IMG/VR virus record: IMGVR_UViG_3300008255_004734
Coordinates: 1 to 29,702 of that record
From: a virus
Lineage: Duplodnaviria; Caudoviricetes
Reading direction: 5' to 3' (one strand)
Length of the DNA stretch: 29,702 bases
This document shows positions 1-8,620 of this stretch, piece by piece. The position numbers and the translations under genes are program-made. Under the pieces are notes generated by a model. The model did not search any database. It was not told the origin of the DNA and was given only the letters and a program-made list of their open reading frames with translations. The stretch's first letter is position 1; the number at the start of each line of letters is the position of its first letter.

Positions 1-225
1 ATGCCAAACAACTTTGCACGTCACAAGAAAGGCTATCAGCCTGTATCTGGAGCACTGAAGACGGTGAGACGGAAGGAAATCGCAGAAAACCAAAGGACAA
101 TTAGCACGGCACTGAGCAACACGGAACTAAGCGGTGGGAATGGAACGCCAAGCCCACTGGAAAATAGCGTGTTAGCCAGGCCCGATAGATATGATCCGTA
201 TGACAAATCCTCGTATTTCGGGTGA
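1..225 (+). CDS. hypothetical protein (may be 5'-truncated or spurious)
   Basis: 74-codon ORF starting at the window edge, overlapping the start of terS; no recognisable motif. Confidence 0.3.
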   Translation: MPNNFARHKKGYQPVSGALKTVRRKEIAENQRTISTALSNTELSGGNGTPSPLENSVLARPDRYDPYDKSSYFG

Positions 226-601
226 ACTGCTCCCTAATTGGGAGAAGTTTGCTGAAAACATTGCGGATGGTATGCTTCATGGTGAAGCCTACCGCCAAGC
301 CTATGACAGCAAGGCGAAAAACCGGGTGTGCGCAGTCAAAGCTTGTTTGTTGCTCAAGAGGCCAGCGGTGCAGGCACACATTAAAAAGTTGAAGTCTGAA
401 TTGGCGGATAAGCGTGCGCTGGATCGTCTGGAAAAGCGGCTGTTGCTGGCGAAAGCGGCACGCCAAAAGAATCTGGATTGGGGAAAGCGGATCAAGGCAA
501 TCGAGGTGGACAACGTGATGACGGGTGACAATGCACCGCAAGAGGTGCAGGTGTTCGGGCTGGCTGAACTGCTGGCCATGGTGCGGAAGAAGCAGAAATG
601 A
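200..601 (+). CDS. terS: terminase small subunit
   Basis: HTH-type TerS pattern (EKFAENIADG...EAYRQAY...ACLLLKRPAVQAHI); stop overlaps the terL start (ATGA). Start could be 191 or 200. Confidence 0.8.
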   Translation: MTNPRISGELLPNWEKFAENIADGMLHGEAYRQAYDSKAKNRVCAVKACLLLKRPAVQAHIKKLKSELADKRALDRLEKRLLLAKAARQKNLDWGKRIKAIEVDNVMTGDNAPQEVQVFGLAELLAMVRKKQK

Positions 602-2178
602 AGGACACGATCAATGACGCGGAGAAAGAAGAACTGCTGGAAAAGCTGAGTGATCCAGTTTGGCGACTGAACAACCTTTACACGATAGTGGACAAGTTTG
701 GGGTGGAGCGGCCATTTGTGCCCACCGACGAACAGAAGGCATTGATTCATGCGGTGCATGTCCTGGGGGAGAAGCGGCATGTAATTCTGAAGGCACGGCA
801 AATGGGCTTAAGCACGTTGATTGAACTGCTGATTCTGGATGCGACCTATTTTGATGAGAACATGCAGGCATCCATTGTGGATCGCAGTCAGTTGGATGCT
901 TCTGAGAAACTGACAAACAAATGTAAGTTTGCCTATGAGAAGCTGGGGCCGTTGAAGGAACATTTGGTGGAGAACAGCAAAAAGGTGATGCGGTTCAGTA
1001 ATGGCTCTTCGATCAATGCCGGCAAGAATGCACGCGGTGGCACGAATCAGATTTTGCATGTGTCAGAGTGGGGGCCGATTGCCCACGAGGATCCAAAACG
1101 CTCTGAGGAAATCAAGACGGGTGCCCTGCCCACGGCTGAAAATGGCATAATCATTGTCGAGACAACTTTCAAGGGCGGCAAGGGTGGTCATCTTTACGAG
1201 TTGCTAAAGACGGCCATGCAGACGCCGGCGCAACATCGGACCAAGAAAGACTTCAGGTTTTGGTTCTTTCCTTGGTATCTGGATAAGGGTTACACGCTGG
1301 AAGGCGACGGAAAGGCGATTCCAGACGCAATACGGGCTTATTTTGTCAAGTTAGAGGCAGAGCTAGGGGTGACGTTTACTGAGGGTCAAAAGCTGTGGTA
1401 TTCCAAAACGGCGGCTGAACAGGGCATTTTCATGTTCCGTGAGTATCCCAGCACTCCGGAAGAGGCATTTCGTGCGCCTGTCGAGGGGGCAATCTATGGC
1501 GACATAATCAGCACACTGCGGGCCAAGGGTCGGGTGGCTCCGTTTGAGTGGGATCGCGCTTTGCCGGTGTTCGCCTCGTTTGACCTGGGGTGGGATGACT
1601 CGACAAGCGTTTGGATGTTTCAATTGTCCGGACCTGAAGTGCGGATTATCTGGCACACAAGGCAAAGACAGAAGACGGCGGCTGACATGGTTCAATTGAT
1701 GCGGGACAGCAGTATTCCGGTAGCGGCAACCTACCTACCGCATGACGCAGATTCACACAATGCGGCTTCAGGCACTACTTACAAGGGGGAGCTAAAGAAG
1801 GCCGGTTTGAACAATTTGGTGATGGTGCCACGATCAAACAACATTTGGAGCGGTATCAATGCAACGCGGGACATGCTGATGCGTGCATGGATTCGGTTGC
1901 CTGAGTGTTCGGTCGGGGTGGAGTCGCTGGAAGCCTATCACACCAAGGATACAACTTCGGGCGGGACGATCAGCAAGGAGCCGGTGCATGATTGGGCATC
2001 GCATGATTGTGACGGCATCAGATCCTTTGCAGAAGCTTTGGTTCTGGGGCTGGTGAAAGAGCCTGCCCGCAAGCTGCGTGATGTGATGATTGATGATCCG
2101 CGGGTTCCAATTGATGTTGAGAGCATGCGCAGCCGGGTGAAGCATCGGCAAACCGCAATGTCAGGTATGCGGCTATGA
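598..2178 (+). CDS. terL: terminase large subunit
   Basis: Walker A-like ILKARQMGLST, Walker B-like LHVSE, coupling motif ETT, nuclease acidic motifs FDLGWDD and HDWASHDCDG. Confidence 0.95.
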   Translation: MKDTINDAEKEELLEKLSDPVWRLNNLYTIVDKFGVERPFVPTDEQKALIHAVHVLGEKRHVILKARQMGLSTLIELLILDATYFDENMQASIVDRSQLDASEKLTNKCKFAYEKLGPLKEHLVENSKKVMRFSNGSSINAGKNARGGTNQILHVSEWGPIAHEDPKRSEEIKTGALPTAENGIIIVETTFKGGKGGHLYELLKTAMQTPAQHRTKKDFRFWFFPWYLDKGYTLEGDGKAIPDAIRAYFVKLEAELGVTFTEGQKLWYSKTAAEQGIFMFREYPSTPEEAFRAPVEGAIYGDIISTLRAKGRVAPFEWDRALPVFASFDLGWDDSTSVWMFQLSGPEVRIIWHTRQRQKTAADMVQLMRDSSIPVAATYLPHDADSHNAASGTTYKGELKKAGLNNLVMVPRSNNIWSGINATRDMLMRAWIRLPECSVGVESLEAYHTKDTTSGGTISKEPVHDWASHDCDGIRSFAEALVLGLVKEPARKLRDVMIDDPRVPIDVESMRSRVKHRQTAMSGMRL

Positions 2179-2534
2179 CTCCCGTTGCACGCATACGGAA
2201 AGAGTATCAGGATCGGCCTGAATCGCATACGTTTGAATGGTATCTGAATTGGCATATGGATCACGGCTTTGTGTTCAGCACACCGAGTTTCTTCATCATG
2301 GGATTTGCGGTGGACAGTGATTTGGTGCGGAAGGTGGAACCAATGGCTGCATTCAGGGCGAAAGGGGATTGCTGGTATATAGCTGCAATGGCTGGTGATA
2401 TGGTCGCTGCGTGGTCAATTCTGCCATGGAAACTACCGTTGCTGGCATGGCATAGGGACCGGGATGGCGGTAAAGACTTGCAAATTTGGCCGATAGAAAA
2501 GATAGAACGTCTAACTAAGGGGGGCAAAACATGA
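2175..2534 (+). CDS. hypothetical protein, possible acyltransferase (GNAT/HlyC-like fold)
   Basis: ATGA overlaps at both ends support a real gene; the segment GDCWYIAAMAGD loosely resembles acyltransferase strands. Function is inference. Confidence 0.5.
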   Translation: MTPVARIRKEYQDRPESHTFEWYLNWHMDHGFVFSTPSFFIMGFAVDSDLVRKVEPMAAFRAKGDCWYIAAMAGDMVAAWSILPWKLPLLAWHRDRDGGKDLQIWPIEKIERLTKGGKT

Positions 2535-2803
2535 GACATTTACCATTTCTGCGGTGTGGCATATTGAAATACACGTTTCTATTCAAGATGGGCGGCGGCG
2601 GCGGGTCTGCTGCGGCTCCGGCTCCGGTGGCGGCTGCGGCACCACCTCCCACGGATACTTCAACTGAGATTGTGCAAGCAAAGCGGGATGCGCGTCGGCA
2701 AGCGCAGAAGAAGCGCGGTATGCAGGCCACAATCCTAGCTGGCGAGACTGGCGGGTATCAACCCAACGAGAACAACGTGGGTAAAACTTTACTTGGGGAA
2801 TAA
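2531..2803 (+). CDS. small virion-associated protein upstream of portal (Gly/Pro/Ala-rich)
   Basis: 19-aa leader, then MGGGGGS, a Pro/Ala-rich stretch, basic RRQAQKKRG..TILAG and C-terminal KTLLG, typical of the small pre-portal proteins of podoviruses. Alternative start at 2588. Confidence 0.7.
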   Translation: MRHLPFLRCGILKYTFLFKMGGGGGSAAAPAPVAAAAPPPTDTSTEIVQAKRDARRQAQKKRGMQATILAGETGGYQPNENNVGKTLLGE

Positions 2804-2804
2804 C

Positions 2805-4454
2805 ATGGACAACCTAGCAGAATCCATACTGTCACGGCATGACTCGTTGAACACGGGCATGACTAATTGGAAGAATCTGTGGGATGATGCGGCCAATTAC
2901 GTGATGCCCCACAAGGGCAATATCAATACTGAGGCAATGCCGGGTGAAACCCAGACCATTGATGTTTACGATAGCACGGCGGAAGAATCACTGTTGGTGT
3001 TCGCTGCCGGTATGCTGTCGCAATTGACGCCTCCTGGGGAACTGTGGTTTCGCTATGAGTCATCGGATGAAGATGCCAGTGAAACGGTCAAGGCGTGGTT
3101 TGATGACGCAACGGCGCGAGCGGCCAAGAAGATTTATTCAAGCAACTTTTACTTGGTGCTGCATGAAGACTTTCTTGATGCCGGTCTTTGCGGCACGTCG
3201 GCAACCTACTTGGAAGAGGGTAAGAAGAATCTGTTGAATTTCTGCAACATACCCATTGGCACCTATGCGATTGCTGAGAACAGCGAAGGCATGGTGGATA
3301 CGGTAATACGGGAATGGAAGTGGACAGCCCACCAAGCGGAAGGACAGTGGGGCCGGGACAAGCTGCCGGAAAAGATCAGAACCTTGCTGAGTTCCAGTAA
3401 CAGCAAGGACATGGATCAGAAGTTCACGTTTCTCCATGCGGTGTATCCGCGCAAGAAGGGTGAGTTCAAAGAGGGGGAAGTGGAAGGCAAGTTGCGGCCA
3501 ATCGCTTCCGTGTATGTGTGTCGGGAAGAACGCTGTGTAATTGAAGAAGGCGGCTTCTATGAAATGCCACATGCGGTGGGGCGGCTATTGCGCACACGCA
3601 ATGAAGTGTGGGGGCGTGGGCCTGGTATCCAGATTCTGCCAGAAGTGAAGATGCTAAACCGGATGGAAATGGATTTGCTCTTGGCGACTGAAAGGCATGT
3701 GGGGCCGGGATGGTTGATGCCGGATGATTCCGCGTATCGTCCCGACAACCGGCCTAATGGCATTACCTATTGGGATGCGAGCAATCCGGCTAACAAGCCT
3801 GAACGCATTCAGGAAACGTCTCGTATTGATTACGGTGAACAAAAGACGGAACAGAAGCGGCGGCGGATCCGGTCGGCTTTCTTTGCCGATATGTTCCAGA
3901 TGCTTTCAAGTTCGCAGGAAATGAAGCGGGAAAAGACGGCATTTGAGGTAGCGCAGATGATTCAAGAGAAGCTGGTGTTGTTCTCGCCTATCTTTGCACG
4001 GCTGGTGCAAGAGAAGTTGAATCCATTGCTTGAACGGGTGTTTGCGATGATGCTGCGCAATGGGGAGTTTGAAACACCTCCAATGGAACTGGCTGAAGGC
4101 GGGGATTACGAAATCAGCTATGTTTCCAAGATCGCCCTGGCAATCAAGGCGGCACAGAACAATTCATTGATGGAGTTGCTGAAAATCACTGAAGCAATGG
4201 TTCCGTTCGATCAATCGGTGGCAATGGTCGTGGACTGGCGTAAGGCGTTCCGTGATGTTGCTCGCAATCGGGGCACGTCTGCTGATTGGATGCGGACAGA
4301 TGAAGACGTGGACACGATGATTGAGAACATGCAAAAGGCAGCTACGGCCCAGCAAGCGGCTGAGACTGCCAAGACTGCAAGTGAGACTGCCAAGAACCTT
4401 GGACCCAAGGCGCAGGATGCTGCTGCCGGGGCCATGGCTGGTGCAATTGGATGA
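2805..4454 (+). CDS. portal (head-to-tail connector) protein
   Basis: 549 aa; YDSTA, LTPP..WF, WGRGPG and TAFEV motifs of T7/BPP-1-type connectors; follows terL. Confidence 0.93.
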   Translation: MDNLAESILSRHDSLNTGMTNWKNLWDDAANYVMPHKGNINTEAMPGETQTIDVYDSTAEESLLVFAAGMLSQLTPPGELWFRYESSDEDASETVKAWFDDATARAAKKIYSSNFYLVLHEDFLDAGLCGTSATYLEEGKKNLLNFCNIPIGTYAIAENSEGMVDTVIREWKWTAHQAEGQWGRDKLPEKIRTLLSSSNSKDMDQKFTFLHAVYPRKKGEFKEGEVEGKLRPIASVYVCREERCVIEEGGFYEMPHAVGRLLRTRNEVWGRGPGIQILPEVKMLNRMEMDLLLATERHVGPGWLMPDDSAYRPDNRPNGITYWDASNPANKPERIQETSRIDYGEQKTEQKRRRIRSAFFADMFQMLSSSQEMKREKTAFEVAQMIQEKLVLFSPIFARLVQEKLNPLLERVFAMMLRNGEFETPPMELAEGGDYEISYVSKIALAIKAAQNNSLMELLKITEAMVPFDQSVAMVVDWRKAFRDVARNRGTSADWMRTDEDVDTMIENMQKAATAQQAAETAKTASETAKNLGPKAQDAAAGAMAGAIG

Positions 4455-4750
4455 GCGAAAAGAATCAAGAAACGTCTGATGAGCGGTCGGAACGGCTGAG
4501 ACTACGCCAAGCGCAATTGCGCATTGAATACGGCAAGGTCTTTAATTCTGAGAGCGGCAAGCTGGTGCTGGCCGACCTGAAGCAACAATTCGGCTGGCAA
4601 GGCGACATTGAACGGCCAAGTGCTCGGTTCGGCACACGACCTGAAGACGTGTTCTTGACCGAGGGCATGAAGGAACCAGTGCGGCACATTTTAGCGATGA
4701 TCACACCGATTGTCACAACTGAAAAAAAGGAAACAAAGGCAATACAATGA
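4451..4750 (+). CDS. Bbp19-like phage protein
   Basis: YGKVFNSESGKLVLADL...EG.K..V..I pattern and position right after the portal. Confidence 0.7.
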   Translation: MSEKNQETSDERSERLRLRQAQLRIEYGKVFNSESGKLVLADLKQQFGWQGDIERPSARFGTRPEDVFLTEGMKEPVRHILAMITPIVTTEKKETKAIQ

Positions 4751-5259
4751 ACGAATATAGTTTAGTCCTAACCCAAATACTCCGCGGTGAGACTCCCATT
4801 GCGGAATACGACAGAGAAACCGGCAAGTTGGATTTCTTGCCCGACTGCGCAAAGTTCCGTGCTCCGGTGGTGCGGTGGATCAAGACGCAAGGTTTTACCG
4901 TGGGCAAGGTAGCGAAGCAAGGGGAGGCGGTGAAGTCTGGCAAACCGTCAGTGGCTGAGATACAGGCGGCCAAGAAGCTTTTGCAGACTGCCGGCCTGCT
5001 GGGTGGCGATGGTGAAGCTCCTGAGTCTACAAGCAAGGGCAAGCCCTCGTTGCTCGATTTCATTGCTGCCGGTCAGCCGTTGCCTCCTGGGCGAACCATG
5101 GATGTGCCGGTTGATCCAATCAAATCCAAGCGGTATGCCGGTGCTCCTCCCTTTGGTGAAGGTGGTGACAAGACGCCTGACTTTGTGGATTGGCTCTTGG
5201 AGAATTATCCTGAAGACGCGGAAAAGCGTTATGCTGGCCGCAAAACCCATAGGGACTAA
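4747..5259 (+). CDS. hypothetical protein
   Basis: 170-aa ORF with ATGA overlap, filling the gap between the Bbp19-like gene and the scaffold. Confidence 0.75.
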   Translation: MNEYSLVLTQILRGETPIAEYDRETGKLDFLPDCAKFRAPVVRWIKTQGFTVGKVAKQGEAVKSGKPSVAEIQAAKKLLQTAGLLGGDGEAPESTSKGKPSLLDFIAAGQPLPPGRTMDVPVDPIKSKRYAGAPPFGEGGDKTPDFVDWLLENYPEDAEKRYAGRKTHRD

Positions 5260-5264
5260 TAACC

Positions 5265-6230
5265 ATGAAGCATGATATATTTTCCCTCATTTGGGTATTA
5301 TTCGCGCCGTTCACGCTGGGTGTGGTTGGTGCTGGTGCTGGTGGGGATGGCGGGGCTGGTGGTTCCGGTGATGGTGGCGATGATGGTGCTGGTGACGGCA
5401 CTGGTTCCGGTGATGGCACTGGTGGTGCCGGTGCTGGATCGCCTCCACCAAGCAATGACTTTCGTGCTTTCATGGATGAAAAGGGCAATTTCGTTAAGCC
5501 TGAATGGGCGGCGGAATACCCCAATCTTGGCAAGAAGTTCACCTCCGTCCAAGCACTCGCAAAGAGCTATGCGAATCTTGAACGCCAAATTGGCAACTCA
5601 AACAAGGTCGCAATACCTTCCGACCACTCAACAAAAGAAGAGTGGGATTCTTACTATAATCGTCTGGGCCGACCGGAAACCCCCGATGGATACGAGTTAG
5701 CAAAGCCTGAAGGTCTGGATGAAAAGCTTTGGAGTGAGGATGAAGTCAAAGATTATGCTGGCATGGCGCACAAGCTGGGGCTTACCAAGTCGCAAGCTGC
5801 CGAGTTGGCAAAGTGGCAGGCTGAACGGATCGGTGGTGCCGCAACCAAGCACACCGAAGCACTGGAACAGTTGAAGACTGAGGCTGTGACTGCCTTGAAA
5901 AAGGAATGGGGTGCCGAGTATGAAGCCAATGTTCAAGCGGCCAAGAAAGGGGCCATGATTGCCGGGGGTGAAGAGTTGGTGAATCATCCGTTGGCAAATG
6001 ATCCCATCTTCATTCGGGCAATGGCCAAGATTGGGGCGATGGTGAAAGAAGACGGGTCAGCAAATCTGCGCCAAGGTGCCGGCATTGGTCAGGATCCAAG
6101 GGCTGAGATTTCGGCAATCCGGGGTGATCCGAAGCATCCTTACAACAATGGCAAGCATCCGGACCATGAACGGGCGGTAATGCATGTGGCATCGTTGTAT
6201 TCAAAGCTGAATCCTACGGAGCCAAAATAA
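5265..6230 (+). CDS. capsid assembly scaffolding protein
   Basis: Gly/Asp-rich N-terminus, LAKSYANLE, LGRPETPDGY, LKKEWG and HPY...HPDH motifs; directly upstream of the capsid gene. Confidence 0.88.
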   Translation: MKHDIFSLIWVLFAPFTLGVVGAGAGGDGGAGGSGDGGDDGAGDGTGSGDGTGGAGAGSPPPSNDFRAFMDEKGNFVKPEWAAEYPNLGKKFTSVQALAKSYANLERQIGNSNKVAIPSDHSTKEEWDSYYNRLGRPETPDGYELAKPEGLDEKLWSEDEVKDYAGMAHKLGLTKSQAAELAKWQAERIGGAATKHTEALEQLKTEAVTALKKEWGAEYEANVQAAKKGAMIAGGEELVNHPLANDPIFIRAMAKIGAMVKEDGSANLRQGAGIGQDPRAEISAIRGDPKHPYNNGKHPDHERAVMHVASLYSKLNPTEPK

Positions 6231-6259
6231 GGCGATTCTAGGCCGGTTTTAGCCATTTC

Positions 6260-6292
6260 AAGGGTCATGGGTATATCACCCATGGCCTTTTT
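6260..6292 (+). terminator. intrinsic terminator-like hairpin after scaffold gene
   Basis: AAGGGTCATGGGT-atatc-ACCCATGGCCTTT: 13-bp stem with two G-U pairs, running into a T tract. Confidence 0.7.
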
Positions 6293-6328
6293 GCTTTACA
6301 GGGCATGGTATGTGAGCCATGGGTGAAG

Positions 6329-6463
6329 GCACATAAGTGTCTCGAACAACACGCCTAGCGTGCCGTGGCATGGTGTATCCGTTGGAAACGCCGATTTATC
6401 GGGAACGTGGGAAAGCCTACGGGTGGTCTTGGGAAAACCATTAATTCAACAAAGGATTTAATC
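6329..6463 (+). promoter_or_regulatory. putative structured 5' leader of the major capsid gene
   Basis: Tandem hairpins (CACGC-cta-GCGTG, CGTT-gga-AACG, CCGA-ttta-TCGG, CGTGGG-aaag-CCTACG) followed by an AAAGGA RBS. Confidence 0.45.
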
Positions 6464-7390
6464 ATGTCAGTTCAAATTACTGCCGCAATGGTGGAACAGT
6501 ATTCCGCCAACGTGGAACACCTGGCGCAGCAAATGGAGAGCCGTTTTGCTGGCAAGGTTCGGGAAGAGAGTCAGAAGGGCAAAACCAAGTTTTGGGAGCA
6601 ATTGGGTGCAACTAAAGCGGTGAAACGCACTTCTCGTCACGCGGATACGCCTCGGGTGGATTCGTTGCATCGTCGTCGGGCCTGCTATTTGCAGGATTAC
6701 GACTGGTCGGACTTGGTGGATTCGCTCGATGAAGTGAAGCTGCTCATTGATCCGAAGTCGTCTTATGCTCAATCCGCTGCCATGGCGATGAATCGGGCGC
6801 AAGATGAAGAGGTGATCACGGCTGCAACGGGCACGGCTTACGCTGATACCGATGGTAGTGGTGCGGTCACTTCGGTTGTGCTGCCAAGCACTTCCAAGGT
6901 TGCGGTTGATTATGTTTTGACCGGCTCGGCTGCGAATAGCGGCTTGACCTTGGCGAAACTGATCAAGGCCAAGAGCAATCTTACCAAGTCGGAAATGCCG
7001 AAGGGCACCCGCCTGTTCATTGCTGTCACCCAGCAACAGATTGACGATCTGCTGAACAATGTAACGCAGGTCTCCAGTTCGGATTACGCTGCGGTCAAGG
7101 CCCTGGTGAACGCGGATGTGGATTACTTCGCGGGCCTGAGCTTTGTGCGTCTTGGTTCCGATAGTGCCAACTCTGCGGCTCTCTCGCTCAATACTTCAAC
7201 CGATGTGCGCACTTGCTTTGCTTATGCGCAAATTGGCCTGCTGAAGTCTGTTGGGCAGGAATCCAAGGGGGACATTTCGATTCGTAATGACAAGAACAAC
7301 GCTGTTCAGGTTTATTACAATCAGTGCATTGGGGCGACCCGGATGCAGGAAAGCTACGTGCAGGAAATTCTCTGTGATGAGAGTCCGTAA
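6464..7390 (+). CDS. major capsid protein
   Basis: 308 aa beginning MSVQITAAMVEQYSANVEHLAQQMESR, with D..D.VKLLIDP.S.Y and GATR..E motifs; AAAGGA RBS upstream of ATG 6464; follows the scaffold. Confidence 0.92.
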   Translation: MSVQITAAMVEQYSANVEHLAQQMESRFAGKVREESQKGKTKFWEQLGATKAVKRTSRHADTPRVDSLHRRRACYLQDYDWSDLVDSLDEVKLLIDPKSSYAQSAAMAMNRAQDEEVITAATGTAYADTDGSGAVTSVVLPSTSKVAVDYVLTGSAANSGLTLAKLIKAKSNLTKSEMPKGTRLFIAVTQQQIDDLLNNVTQVSSSDYAAVKALVNADVDYFAGLSFVRLGSDSANSAALSLNTSTDVRTCFAYAQIGLLKSVGQESKGDISIRNDKNNAVQVYYNQCIGATRMQESYVQEILCDESP

Positions 7391-7436
7391 GCGATAGGTT
7401 TCCTGTCATACTAACAATCAATAAAGGAAAAATATC

Positions 7437-7910
7437 ATGCCTACGTTTAATTCAGATAATTATGCTGCCCAAGTCGGCTCTGCTGGGGCTTCGCCTGCGG
7501 CGGCTTATCCGCTGGCCAAGAACATTGCCGGGAAACTGCGTTATGCAGTAATCCCGTATGCTCTGGCTGGCACCGAGATTGCCAACGACATTATCAACTT
7601 GGTCCGGTTCAAAGTCGGTTCAAAGGTAATTTCGTCGCTGTCACGAATCGTGTGTGAAGACCCAGGAACTGCACTGACTATCGACATTGGCTTTGCCAGC
7701 AATGCCGACGCTCTGTGTGATGGGGCTGCTCTTACCACGGCACATGACGTGTCGTTTACGGGAGCGGCTTCTGTGACTGCGGTTGCTGCGCAGTATATTC
7801 CGGCTGACATTGCGAGTGGGGACGAAGTGATTTTCGCCACGGTGAAAACCGCTACTACCCTAACCGCTGGGGCAAAGCTGCTCTTTCTCATTGCCTACGT
7901 GGATGAGTAA
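7437..7910 (+). CDS. putative capsid-associated (decoration/cement) protein
   Basis: 157 aa, Ala/Thr/Val-rich and beta-rich, AAAGGA RBS, co-transcribed with the capsid gene before a terminator. Confidence 0.65.
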   Translation: MPTFNSDNYAAQVGSAGASPAAAYPLAKNIAGKLRYAVIPYALAGTEIANDIINLVRFKVGSKVISSLSRIVCEDPGTALTIDIGFASNADALCDGAALTTAHDVSFTGAASVTAVAAQYIPADIASGDEVIFATVKTATTLTAGAKLLFLIAYVDE

Positions 7911-7955
7911 AGAATTGGGCTCGGGTTGGGCCTAAATAGGGTTCATTGAACTACT

Positions 7956-7993
7956 GCCGGTAGTGGTTAGGGGTAACTGCTACCGGCTTTTTT
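7956..7993 (+). terminator. Rho-independent terminator
   Basis: GCCGGTAGTGGTTA-gggg-TAACTGCTACCGGC, a 14-bp stem followed by TTTTTT. Confidence 0.9.
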
Positions 7994-8011
7994 ATACCCA
8001 AAACAAACATC

Positions 8012-8620
8012 ATGGCTTCACTTGTAGATATTGCGAATTACGCCCTAGATCAAATTGGCGAACAAACAATCAGCACGCTGGATGATGCAACAACGCCGGC
8101 CCGCAAGGCGAAGCTGAACATTTATCAGACAATACGTGAGGTGTCTGCTTCGGGCAACTGGAAGTGTGCGCGTGCATCTGCGGTGCTTGCCCAGGACGCC
8201 ACGGCTCCCGCGTTCGGGTGGAGTTATGCCTATACTCTGCCAGTAGATTTTATTCGGATTGTGAGTTTCAATGACCTTGAAACTGAGGATGTGGAAACGG
8301 AGTTGTTTGAGGTGCGGGGGCGGCAAATCCAGACCGATGAAACAACGGCCAGCATCGTTTACATCAAAGACATTACGGTGTCGGGTGACGTGGGGGCCAT
8401 GCCTCCATTGATGGTAAAAGCGGTTTATCTGGCACTTTCGGCAAAACTGGCATGGGCGATTCAGCAAAACCGAACACTGATGGCCATGCAGGAGGAAAAG
8501 GCGGAAAAGGCACTGATGCGGGCGCGTTCTACTGATGCGCGGGAAGAGATACGACCTTTGCCGGATCGTGCGGCTGGAAGCAATTGGATTAGCGGAAGGA
8601 CAAGTTCAACCAATGGCTAA
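8012..8620 (+). CDS. tail tubular protein A (adaptor)
   Basis: MASLVDIANYAL..IGE..I, W..A, Y.LP.D motifs; position after the head genes. Confidence 0.88.
   Translation: MASLVDIANYALDQIGEQTISTLDDATTPARKAKLNIYQTIREVSASGNWKCARASAVLAQDATAPAFGWSYAYTLPVDFIRIVSFNDLETEDVETELFEVRGRQIQTDETTASIVYIKDITVSGDVGAMPPLMVKAVYLALSAKLAWAIQQNRTLMAMQEEKAEKALMRARSTDAREEIRPLPDRAAGSNWISGRTSSTNG

Noticed and set aside
4361-4395. 14-bp direct repeat TGAGACTGCCAAGA at the portal 3' end
   Set aside because: Simple coding duplication (ETAK) in the helical tail.
6365-6463. 33-codon N-terminal extension of the capsid ORF in the track
   Set aside because: The RBS and the family-like N-terminus point to ATG 6464; the extension overlaps the structured leader.
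7370-7440. T7 gp10A/10B-style frameshift fusing capsid to the next gene
   Set aside because: No canonical slippery heptamer, and a TAA at 7422 blocks the downstream gene's frame.
8535-8612. Upstream start for tail tubular protein B
   Set aside because: Lies inside tubular A; the conserved N-terminus fits ATG 8613.
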